A program made the position numbers and the translations under genes. 64,000 nucleotides of DNA from Nitrospirota bacterium (GTDB lineage: Bacteria; Nitrospirota; Thermodesulfovibrionia; Thermodesulfovibrionales; Dissulfurispiraceae), in the NCBI GenBank assembly GCA_963790025.1, contig CAWBMP010000004.1, positions 352,001 to 416,000 of the forward strand, given 5' to 3'. Each line of letters opens with the position of its first letter. Within the stretch, counting starts at the first letter, position 1. Shown in pieces: positions 10,442-18,810 of the stretch. The notes below the pieces were generated by a model. The model was not told the DNA's origin. It made no database searches and saw nothing but the letters and a program-made list of their open reading frames with translations.

Positions 10442-10629
10442 GCGATGAGATAAAGAGTGGACAAGATATACTTCAAACCTTCTTTTCAGAAATAACGACA
10501 ATTGAAGACGTAGATTCAGAAATAGCACTCACGATACAGAATCTTTTTAATCAGGACAAATTGACAATTGCAATTATTTCACAAGAACTCGCAAGGCTTA
10601 GAGAGAAAACGGCAAATGGTAAAAGTTAG
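10438..10629 (+). CDS. Small helical hypothetical protein (63 aa)
   Basis: ATGA overlap with the upstream gene and 14-nt overlap with the ATPase start. Confidence 0.7.
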   Translation: MSDEIKSGQDILQTFFSEITTIEDVDSEIALTIQNLFNQDKLTIAIISQELARLREKTANGKS

Positions 10630-13051
10630 AAATATTGCTTTGTACGGCTTCAGGGGGGTAAGGAAGTCACTCGAAATGAATCTTGAGTCTTCCAAATCAT
10701 TACTCCTGTATGGAGACAATGGCAGTGGGAAGAGTTCTATATCTGATGCGTTTGAATGGTTCTACAGGGATAAGGTTGACCACTTAAGCAAAGAAGAAAT
10801 AGGAACGAAGGGAACTGATGCCCTGAGGAACATATTCTTGCCCGATGATAAAGATGCTCTTGTTGAATTTAAATTTACCGAACCCAAGTATGATGCGGGC
10901 AAAAAACTATTTTATAAAAAGGCAAAACTGACATCGGCATATTCACCGTCTTCAGACGATCTTAACTCTTATCTCGCTCAATCTTTATCCGAAAATCTGT
11001 TTCTACGTTATAAAGACCTTCTCCGTTTTATTTTAGCCACTAAGGCAGATAAGCTTAAAGAATTATCGCAGATCATCGGATTTGCCGAAGTCACAAAAGT
11101 AAAAACTATATTAAAAAAAGCTACGAGTGACCTTAATAGGGACTTCAAGCAAAAAAACTATGAGCAGCAGATTAGCCAAAAACAGGCTTTAATTCTTGAA
11201 CAATTGGAACAACACATCACTAATGATGAACAGTATTTCAATGCGATTAAAGAACTAGTTGCTCCTTTAGGTGTTACCGTTGAAGTCAATGATGAGAAAA
11301 ACATAGATGAAATATTGGAATTAATAAGGAAGCCCGAAGATAAGGACCCAATACTTGACCAAGCATCTTATGAAAAAGCTGTCGAGGCATTAAATAACCT
11401 GCGTGGTCTTATTAAAAGTATTCTTGCAGCATATGAGACTTTCTTCGGCAAATATCAGGCTATTATTAATGATATTAAGAAGCTTAATAAAATTAGTCTT
11501 GAGAACCTATTATCTGAAGGGTTATCTGTTCTTGAAAAAAGATTATTTGACGATGACAGATGTCCCCTCTGTTTGCAAAACAAGGAGAGGGAATCCTTAA
11601 TTGATGAATTAAGAAAACGAATCGAAGAATTAACCCTAATTAAGAAGGAGAAAGACGAATTAGAAGAAGCACAGAAATTCACACTTAACGTCTTTCAATC
11701 TGCCGTAACCGAGATTAATACGGCATTGAGGGAAAGGGCATTTTCAAAAGAGGCACACACCGAGACAAAAAAGAACATTGAACATATAAAGAAAACGCTA
11801 TCGACTTCTCTTGAAAATCTTAACAAATACACACTTAATAACCAGATCGAAATACCGAAGCCAAGTGACTTCATTGTGTATGATGAAGCTATCTTGCAGA
11901 AAGCCATATCAGTCTTTACAGAAGAGAAGACGAAAATATCTAAGCAAAAAAAGGATGACAAGAAATTCTCGGCAAACAGCAAAATAACTTTGGCAAGACA
12001 GGCATACAAAGAAATCAAAGCTCTGAAGGTTGAGGTTGAGAAATATCAGAACCAAATACTTTCAATGGAGCTTATTTGCAATAACTTCATCAAGAGGCAA
12101 AAAGAGGCGCTTACAGTATTTCTAAGGGCAATTTCAAAAGACATAAATGAATTATATTTGTATATGAATGATGCAGAGAAAGTCGACGAAATAGAGCTTA
12201 TTACTCTCGGTGACGACGATGATTTTGAGGGAATTACAATACAGTTTAAGTTTCATGGGGCAGTCGTTTCTCCTCCAGATAAGTACCTAAGTGAATCGCA
12301 TCTTAATTGTCTCGGAATATGTTTATTCTTATCATCGGTGAGGGCATTCAACAAGGTTAATAAGTTTTTTATCCTTGATGATGTAATTTCAAGCTTTGAC
12401 AGAAATCATCGTGGACGCTTCGCTCATTTATTGAAGGAGAAGTTCTCAGATTATCAGATCCTTCTTTTTACACATGAAAAAGATTGGTTTGAATATGTTG
12501 CCAATATGGTTAAGGGACTCAACTGGCTTGTAAAAAGAACAATTTGGAATCATGAAGAAGGAGCAAGCATTGAAATTCCCTTGTACGACTTAAAACAAAG
12601 AATCGATGCCAAGATTGATAAATCTGATACCTCAGAACTGGGCAATATGATAAGACAGTATCTCGAGCGATTGCTTAAAGAGGTATGCTACAGCTTAGAA
12701 GTCAAAGTTAAATTTCTTTACAATGACAGAAATGAAACCAGAATGGTTAATGAACTGTTATCTGAAATGAAAGCGAAATTGAAAGAAAGGAAGTGTGATA
12801 TTACTAACCATTTGGTATTCGATAGATTGGCATCTTCTGTTTATCTTGGAAACGTCACTTCTCACGATAGTTTATATTCTGAGAGCATCGCGGATTTAAT
12901 GATGCTATATAAAGACGTAGTTGAACTGGAAAGCCTTTTCAGATGCAATAACGATAACTGCCACAAACTTATTGCCAAGAAGCATTATGATGACGTTAAC
13001 AAGAAGATACGCTGTTCATGTGGACATTTGACATATGACTGGAAAAAATGA
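10616..13051 (+). CDS. Rad50/SbcC-type ABC ATPase with zinc hook and C-terminal HEPN-like domain (RloC/PrrC-like)
   Basis: Walker A GDNGSGKS, coiled coils around CPLC, signature LSESH, Walker B ILDD..SSFD, H-loop LFTH, then GNMIRQYLE and GNVTSH, then terminal CxxxxC...CxC. Start at ATG 10616 (MVKVRNI). Confidence 0.8.
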   Translation: MVKVRNIALYGFRGVRKSLEMNLESSKSLLLYGDNGSGKSSISDAFEWFYRDKVDHLSKEEIGTKGTDALRNIFLPDDKDALVEFKFTEPKYDAGKKLFYKKAKLTSAYSPSSDDLNSYLAQSLSENLFLRYKDLLRFILATKADKLKELSQIIGFAEVTKVKTILKKATSDLNRDFKQKNYEQQISQKQALILEQLEQHITNDEQYFNAIKELVAPLGVTVEVNDEKNIDEILELIRKPEDKDPILDQASYEKAVEALNNLRGLIKSILAAYETFFGKYQAIINDIKKLNKISLENLLSEGLSVLEKRLFDDDRCPLCLQNKERESLIDELRKRIEELTLIKKEKDELEEAQKFTLNVFQSAVTEINTALRERAFSKEAHTETKKNIEHIKKTLSTSLENLNKYTLNNQIEIPKPSDFIVYDEAILQKAISVFTEEKTKISKQKKDDKKFSANSKITLARQAYKEIKALKVEVEKYQNQILSMELICNNFIKRQKEALTVFLRAISKDINELYLYMNDAEKVDEIELITLGDDDDFEGITIQFKFHGAVVSPPDKYLSESHLNCLGICLFLSSVRAFNKVNKFFILDDVISSFDRNHRGRFAHLLKEKFSDYQILLFTHEKDWFEYVANMVKGLNWLVKRTIWNHEEGASIEIPLYDLKQRIDAKIDKSDTSELGNMIRQYLERLLKEVCYSLEVKVKFLYNDRNETRMVNELLSEMKAKLKERKCDITNHLVFDRLASSVYLGNVTSHDSLYSESIADLMMLYKDVVELESLFRCNNDNCHKLIAKKHYDDVNKKIRCSCGHLTYDWKK

Positions 13052-13107
13052 CAGCTTCATCAACTAGTGGATATTGGTCATAGGCGGCTAAAAGGAGAAC
13101 CGGTTTT

Positions 13108-15411
13108 ATGCCAGCAGCAAAGAAAACTTTAGCTATCGAACGAAAAAGCGGCACAATTTTTAGCCATATCCGTCAGAAGTGGCTTGTTGAAACACCGGAA
13201 GAGCGTGTCCGTCAAGAATATCTTTGTGTTTTAGTCAATGAATACGGATATAGTCTTGATCAAATGGATGAAGAACTCTCAGTTGTTGGCAGAGGGGCAG
13301 CAGACGCAAGAGCTGATTTTCTAATATGGCGAACGCCTCAGGAAAAGGCCGATAAGAAAACTGCGTTAGTTGTTGTTGAGTGCAAGGCTGATAATGTTAC
13401 CATCGACAGTAAGACATATTTGCAGGGCGCTAATTATGCACAGTATGAACGAGCAAAGTTCTTTGTTACTCACAATAACCGCGAAACCAAATACTGGAAG
13501 GTTGATCTTGAGCGAAGAATGCCTAATTATGATGAGATTGAAGATATTCCCCATGCAGAAGCAACCGATGAAGAGATCAAAGAAATCATTTCTCGCCTCA
13601 AGGTATTTCGTGAAGATCAATTTGCCGACCTGTTGCATCAATGTCACAACATCATAAGGAACAGAGAAAAGCTTGACCCTGCCGCAGCTTTTGATGAGAT
13701 AGCCAAGATACTTTTTGTCAAAGTCAGTTTCGAGAGGCGTCTGAAAGTTGGTCGGCAGAGAAAGAATCTTTTTTCCAAGGATTTCTTGGTTCAGCAGAAA
13801 AACCTATATGAGGACCCTATAGATACGCTGTTTACCGAAACGAAGAAAGAATACCGGGCCGATAAAATATTTGAACAGGATGAAAAGATAAATCTCAAGT
13901 TCAATACCGTCAAAGACATCATAGAGAAACTTGAGCGCTACAATCTCTCTGATACTTCAGAAGACGTAAAGGGAATCGCCTTTGAAAAGTTTTTGGGGCG
14001 GACCTTTCGCGGTGAAATAGGACAATTCTTCACTCCCCGGACAATTGTCGAGTTCATGATCAGAATGGTTGACCCCAAAGAAGGTGACATTATTTGTGAT
14101 CCCGCTTCCGGCTCAGGAGGCTTTCTGATCAGATTTTTTGAGATAGTCCGGGAACAAATATTGCTGGACGTTGACAACGAATACCGAAAATACAAGGAAG
14201 AGATCGATACAAAGAAATACACAAAGAAAAAGAAGGCTGACCTGCTGCGCAAAAAATATGAGCAGTTGCAGAGACAGATAAATCCATACGCCAGCAGAGC
14301 AGAATCGAGCAGGGAGGATCGACAGGTTTCCCGTATATGGAGGCTTGCTAACACATGCATTTACGGCTGCGATGCAAATGACAGGATGGCACGGACAAGC
14401 AAAATGAACATGATCATGCACGGCGACGGCCACGGCGGGGTACATCATCATGACGGCTTTATCAATGTGAACGGCATTTTTGAAGAGCGCTTTAACATTG
14501 TTCTTACCAATCCACCCTTCGGCGCAAATGTCGAAGAGTCAGACATAATTGAAGAATCCCATGTGGCTATTCCTGACGATATTGAAAAAAAATACAAAAC
14601 GGACTATGGAACCCTTTACAAAGAGGCCATAGATAAGGTCAGGGCTGCTGTTGGCAAATCGATTCTAAATCTTTTTGACTTGCCCAAGACGGGTAGGATT
14701 AAAACAGAAATACTGTTCATGGAACGTTGTCTTGCATTATTAAAGCCAGGGGGCAAGCTCGGCATTGTCCTTCCCGAAGGCATTTTCAATAATCCATCAC
14801 TTGCATATGTCAGGCAATACTGCGAAGAAAGAGCATTCATAAGGGCAGTAGTGTCTCTTCCCCAGGAGACATTTTTTTCATCCGGGGCAAGCGTCAAGGC
14901 TTCGCTTTTGTTTATGCAGAAATTCACTAACAAGGAAAAGGCGGGCTTCGATGCTCTAAAAACAGCAGCCTTGGCTGAAATTGAGGAAAAGAAAAAAGAG
15001 CAAAAAAACCAACTTCTCGAGATTATTGGAAAACAGAATTATAATCAAAGTGACTTTTTGCCTGAGGGGACGGAGAACTATTCAAAAGAACAGAAAGCAA
15101 AGGCTTCAGAAAAAGCTAAAGAAGGCAATATAAAACTCAGAGAAGAAAAAGACAGGGCAAAAAAAGCACTGAAGGAACTGGAAGAGATAATTCTAAAAGA
15201 AGCAAGAGCGCTTCTTAAGGAAAGATTCAGCTATCCGATTTTCATGTACGAGGCCGAAAAGGTAGGCATTACGGCGACAGGCGAGGCCGATTCCAACGAA
15301 CTTTATCCGAATGATAATATGCCCCCGGATATTGAAAAGACGTGTCTGGAAACTTATCGGGAATTCAGGGAAAATCCTAAACCTTTTATGATATTGGAGC
15401 GAGAAGAGTGA
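13108..15411 (+). CDS. Fused HsdR-N-type endonuclease and N6-adenine methyltransferase
   Basis: PEERVRQ..ADFLI..VECKA..QGANYA (PD-ExK nuclease), then GQFFTPR, DPASGSGGFL, NPPFG. Confidence 0.9.
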   Translation: MPAAKKTLAIERKSGTIFSHIRQKWLVETPEERVRQEYLCVLVNEYGYSLDQMDEELSVVGRGAADARADFLIWRTPQEKADKKTALVVVECKADNVTIDSKTYLQGANYAQYERAKFFVTHNNRETKYWKVDLERRMPNYDEIEDIPHAEATDEEIKEIISRLKVFREDQFADLLHQCHNIIRNREKLDPAAAFDEIAKILFVKVSFERRLKVGRQRKNLFSKDFLVQQKNLYEDPIDTLFTETKKEYRADKIFEQDEKINLKFNTVKDIIEKLERYNLSDTSEDVKGIAFEKFLGRTFRGEIGQFFTPRTIVEFMIRMVDPKEGDIICDPASGSGGFLIRFFEIVREQILLDVDNEYRKYKEEIDTKKYTKKKKADLLRKKYEQLQRQINPYASRAESSREDRQVSRIWRLANTCIYGCDANDRMARTSKMNMIMHGDGHGGVHHHDGFINVNGIFEERFNIVLTNPPFGANVEESDIIEESHVAIPDDIEKKYKTDYGTLYKEAIDKVRAAVGKSILNLFDLPKTGRIKTEILFMERCLALLKPGGKLGIVLPEGIFNNPSLAYVRQYCEERAFIRAVVSLPQETFFSSGASVKASLLFMQKFTNKEKAGFDALKTAALAEIEEKKKEQKNQLLEIIGKQNYNQSDFLPEGTENYSKEQKAKASEKAKEGNIKLREEKDRAKKALKELEEIILKEARALLKERFSYPIFMYEAEKVGITATGEADSNELYPNDNMPPDIEKTCLETYREFRENPKPFMILEREE

Positions 15412-16799
15412 TGCCTGCCATATCAGGCTTTCCTAAAGCGTTTGGCGTGTATTTTGACAACATTGCCAGATGGGACCCTTCAAGTTTCCATGGGATTATT
15501 TGGCATTGGCCGAAAACCCATATGTTCCCCATTGGTACCGTTATAAATCAGAGAAAAGAGAAAGTTGATCGCAGTAAATTTAATTTTACAGAGCTTCAAC
15601 CTGTAACAATCCATTTTGATGGATCTATTGCCAGGAGAAACGTTGACTCATCACGTGAATACACTATGGATCTGTATTTTGCCAGACCCGGCGACATTGT
15701 AGTGGCAAAGATTGATTTAAAAAATGGAGCTGTCGCAATTGTACCTGATCAATGGCGCAATGTTGTTGTTACTGGTCATTTTGCAGTCTATGAGCCGGAG
15801 TGTTCAAGAATTTTACCTGAATTTTTCCATCGCATTATACAGGCAAGTTTTTTTAAAGATCATCTATGGCGAAATAAGGTTGGCGCTGAAGGAAGAAAAG
15901 AAGTGAAGCTCGATTATTTTGAATCCCTTGAGATTCCCATACCGCCTCTTCCAATCCAGCAAAAGATTATCAAAAAATGGCGCACTGCTCAAAACGAAAT
16001 TAAGGAGGCGACAGAAAGAGTAAATAGCCTTGGGAAAAAACTTGCAGAAAGTGCATTAATAGATGCCGGAATTGAACTTTTACCACTGAAACAACGCTCA
16101 AAGTCATTCGGAATTTATTCGGACGAAATTGAAAGATGGGGCGTCGAATTTAACCGCTGGATATGGAAATTATCTGAACTGCTTTTCTCACATAAGTATC
16201 CCATGGTAGTGTTGTCCGATGAAGCCCTCATAAATCCGTCAGACAACGTTTTATCGTCTGATGATAAATTGGTTTCCTTTGTCCCTATGGAAGCTGTTTC
16301 AGACAAAACCGGCGAGATTTCGGCTCCACAGATTCGCAAATGTCGTGAAGTAAAGAATGGATACACACGGTTTAGTAATGAAGATGTCATATGGGCCAAA
16401 ATAACGCCATGCATGCAAAACGGGAAATGTGCTGTTGCAAGAAATCTGGAGAATGGTATTGGCTTCGGATCAACAGAGTTCCATGTGGTCAGAACAAAAA
16501 ATAAATATAGGCTTGTCCCCGATTATATCTGGACTTTGCTTCGGCTCGATCATTTACGCCACGCCGCACAGAGATATTTTATTGGCTCTGCCGGACAACA
16601 GCGCGTTCCTGCTGATTTTCTTGCAAACCTTCAAATCCCTTTTCCCCCTGTTGAGATTCAAAAAACCATTGTTAACAGTGTAAAAAAGGCTTTCTCGGAA
16701 ATTGCCCGTGAACGTGAAGCAGCTGAAAGAAAATCCTGGGAAATTAAGACTGAAATAGAAGCTATGATTCTTGGGACAAGGAAAATCGAAGATTTATGA
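15408..16799 (+). CDS. hsdS: Restriction-modification specificity (S) subunit with two TRDs
   Basis: Two repeats ending IPIPPLPIQQKI and IPFPPVEIQKTI; KITPCMQNGK, GSTEFHV, GSAGQQRVP; GTGA overlap with the upstream gene. Confidence 0.9.
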   Translation: MMPAISGFPKAFGVYFDNIARWDPSSFHGIIWHWPKTHMFPIGTVINQRKEKVDRSKFNFTELQPVTIHFDGSIARRNVDSSREYTMDLYFARPGDIVVAKIDLKNGAVAIVPDQWRNVVVTGHFAVYEPECSRILPEFFHRIIQASFFKDHLWRNKVGAEGRKEVKLDYFESLEIPIPPLPIQQKIIKKWRTAQNEIKEATERVNSLGKKLAESALIDAGIELLPLKQRSKSFGIYSDEIERWGVEFNRWIWKLSELLFSHKYPMVVLSDEALINPSDNVLSSDDKLVSFVPMEAVSDKTGEISAPQIRKCREVKNGYTRFSNEDVIWAKITPCMQNGKCAVARNLENGIGFGSTEFHVVRTKNKYRLVPDYIWTLLRLDHLRHAAQRYFIGSAGQQRVPADFLANLQIPFPPVEIQKTIVNSVKKAFSEIAREREAAERKSWEIKTEIEAMILGTRKIEDL

Positions 16800-16880
16800 C
16801 GAAAATTGAAAAACAAGCAGCCCCGGTAAAAAGCGTTATAATAACTAGAGTGGCAAGTAAATTAGCTATGGAGGTCTTAC

Positions 16881-17081
16881 ATGAGCAAGGTTATTAGTAC
16901 AAAGCCCCAGGTTATCCTGAAAAATGGCAAGCCTGATGCTGTGATAATTAACATCAAAGATTATCATAAGATGCTTGATCGCCTTGAAGACAAGGAAGAC
17001 CTTGCTGAGCTTGAGAGGATGCGTAAAGGACGGCTGAAATTCAGAAAATTTGATGTTTTCCTCTCAGAACATAAGTCATGA
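16881..17081 (+). CDS. Phd/YefM-family antitoxin
   Basis: PQVILKNGKPDAVIINIKDY..M...LED; RBS GGAGG. Confidence 0.8.
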   Translation: MSKVISTKPQVILKNGKPDAVIINIKDYHKMLDRLEDKEDLAELERMRKGRLKFRKFDVFLSEHKS

Positions 17082-17341
17082 AGTATGAGTTGTTTATCGA
17101 AGGTCGGGCAGAAAAAGATTTAAAAAAACTTGACACTTCCCTTTTTAAACTTATCATAACCGAGATTAAGAATTTAGCAGACAATCCCCACCCTCATAAC
17201 AGCAAGAAAATCACGGGCTCAAAAAATGACTGGCGGATAAGAATTGGAGATTACAGAGTCCTCTATGAAATTGACAACAAAGATCAAATAATAAAAATCA
17301 TGAGAGTGAAACACCGGCGCGAAGCCTACAGAAATAATTAA
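17078..17341 (+). CDS. relE: RelE/ParE-family toxin
   Basis: AEKDLKKL...L..NP.P...KK..G....WRIRIGDYRVLY...HRREAY; ATGA overlap. Confidence 0.9.
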   Translation: MKYELFIEGRAEKDLKKLDTSLFKLIITEIKNLADNPHPHNSKKITGSKNDWRIRIGDYRVLYEIDNKDQIIKIMRVKHRREAYRNN

Positions 17342-17377
17342 ACGGTTGTGTGAGGTCAGGACTTGCCGTATGAACCC

Positions 17378-17396
17378 GCGTGCTAATTTCGTGCTA
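17378..17396 (+). repeat. Putative integrase arm-type sites, distal copy
   Basis: Identical to 8085-8103. Confidence 0.75.
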
Positions 17397-17463
17397 CTTT
17401 AGATGTTACAATAGGTAGTAATATGTCAGTATTTGAAAAAAACAATAATTTAGATTAAAAAGT

Positions 17464-17476
17464 TAACTAATTGATT
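17464..17476 (-). promoter_or_regulatory. IHF-like binding site beside the distal att
   Basis: Reverse complement AATCAATTAGTTA matches WATCAANNNNTTR; a one-mismatch copy TTTCAATGAGTTA lies at 8054-8066. Confidence 0.55.
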
Positions 17477-17538
17477 CTAATATCAAATAGTATTTATTTT
17501 AGGTATTTCAAAAAATTTTGAGTAGCTTATTCTTATAT

Positions 17539-17583
17539 CTCTCAAGGCTAAAACACGGGTTCGAATCCCGTTGGGACCGCCAA
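17539..17583 (+). repeat. att site, distal copy (duplicated tRNA-Glu 3' half)
   Basis: 45/45 identity with 8007-8051. Confidence 0.93.
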
Positions 17584-17629
17584 ACCTTCGCAAGGACCCT
17601 TTAGGTTGAAGGCATGGTGTAAAAACCTT

Positions 17630-17740
17630 ATCAGACGCTATCGATAAAGACCTAATTGGGCATGTATTTCTTCCCTGTTGAACTTGTAGTCTTTAGGAAG
17701 CGATACATTGTATCGGTTAAAAATATCCTCAAGATTTTTT
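17630..17740 (-). pseudogene. Remnant of an antitoxin C-terminus and a PIN toxin N-terminus
   Basis: Minus strand reads NLEDIFNRYNVSLPKDYKFNREEIHA, overlapping ATG 17663, which reads MPN*VFIDSV*. Confidence 0.4.
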
Positions 17741-17803
17741 TTCGGTCTTTAGCGGATTTGAGAATTGTTATGTGCTGGCCTTTTAGAATTTTAGCCGTCT
17801 TTT

Positions 17804-18004
17804 TCAACTTTTCATCCGCCTTTTCTTCATTTCCTTAACTATGCTCTTGACATCTTCTCCCTTAAGCCACGACTGCCTTTCTTTGGGATAATCTCCGGCG
17901 CCGGTTTCAAATTGCTGTAAAAACCGTGCTATGCCTATAGGCCCTAACTCTTTGACGAACGCCTCTATGCCTTGCTTGCGTAATTTGGCATGACTCAACA
18001 ACAT
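17804..18004 (-). CDS. Small hypothetical protein, antitoxin-like
   Basis: LRKQGIEAFVKELGPIGIARFLQQFETGAGDYPKER; the TA association is inferred from context. Confidence 0.55.
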   Translation of the reverse strand: MLLSHAKLRKQGIEAFVKELGPIGIARFLQQFETGAGDYPKERQSWLKGEDVKSIVKEMKKRRMKS

Positions 18005-18032
18005 ACTTCAATAACAACTCCTTGATGTTCTT

Positions 18033-18248
18033 TTATGCAAAAATTAACTTGCCTTTTGGTTCAGGTATGGAGCGACCTAATTCTTTTGCTGTTTCTATCC
18101 ACTCCTGTATAACAACCTCGATATTAGCAAGAGCTTTCTTATAGGTAGCTCCATCTGCTGCACAGCCCGGCAACTCCGGCACCTCTGCAATAAATGCCTG
18201 ATCCTCTGCACTCCAATAAATAATGATCTCGTATTTATACTTGCTCAT
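18033..18248 (-). CDS. hicB: HicB antitoxin
   Basis: YWSAEDQAFIAEVPELPGCAADGAT...WIETAKELGRSIPEP. Confidence 0.92.
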   Translation of the reverse strand: MSKYKYEIIIYWSAEDQAFIAEVPELPGCAADGATYKKALANIEVVIQEWIETAKELGRSIPEPKGKLIFA

Positions 18249-18501
18249 CTCTCTTCTCTCCTAATTTGTATTTTAATATTACATTGCGAACCTGTTTAAC
18301 CTGATAAGGTTTTGATTTGCCGCCTATTGGCTGCAAATTAAGTATTTCCTCTACTCCCTCTTTTGTAAATATATGATGACTGCTGCGCACCCTTTCTTCA
18401 AAGCCCAAAAACTTCAGCAACCTGCGCAATCCGTCAAAAGGAATGTTGGCATCTGAAGTCCCGCGCAAAATCTGGATCAGAAGCTTCGCATGCTTCGCCA
18501 T
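18235..18501 (-). CDS. hicA: HicA toxin
   Basis: LGFEERVRSSHHIF...ILNLQP...KPYQVKQVR. Confidence 0.9.
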   Translation of the reverse strand: MAKHAKLLIQILRGTSDANIPFDGLRRLLKFLGFEERVRSSHHIFTKEGVEEILNLQPIGGKSKPYQVKQVRNVILKYKLGEKRDEQV

Positions 18502-18810
18502 ATTGATAATTATAATATATGGCTTGCTTTTCGTATATACTTTATTTGCCTTACATTCATTTTCATGTAATAAGCTTTCATACCTTTAAAACCGTGACCA
18601 AAACGTGACAGAAAATATCTTAAGCAATATAAATTATCGGAATAGATAGAAGTGATAGAAGTGTAAATCTATTTCTTATTCAATCATGTTTTAATAAACT
18701 CAAGCTGGTGGCCCAGTTACAAAAATGATTAAATTCCGCTCTCTATGATAAATGGCAATATATTTTTTACACTTTCAAGCGGAGCGACAAGGCCAATCTC
18801 ATACAAACGT

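Larger units (their letters stand above)
8007..17583. mobile_element. Integrative genomic island in tRNA-Glu carrying defence cargo
   Basis: Identical 45-bp direct repeat at 8007-8051 and 17539-17583, integrase next to the tRNA, visibly AT-rich cargo. Confidence 0.93.

Noticed and set aside
7830..13051. Functional link between the RloC-like nuclease and the adjacent tRNA-Glu/Gln genes
   Set aside because: tRNA-Glu is simply the integration target; nothing in the sequence shows the nuclease's substrate.
17539..17583. Possible third tRNA gene
   Set aside because: Only the 3' half is present; it is the att duplication.
17584..18540. Integron cassette array of TA genes
   Set aside because: No attC-like RYYYAAC...GTTRRRY palindromes were found, and the integrase does not look like IntI.
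18698..18720. CTCAAGCTGGTGGCCC as a second degenerate att or tRNA fragment
   Set aside because: The match to the tRNA-Glu core is only about 6-7 bp, with no T-arm.
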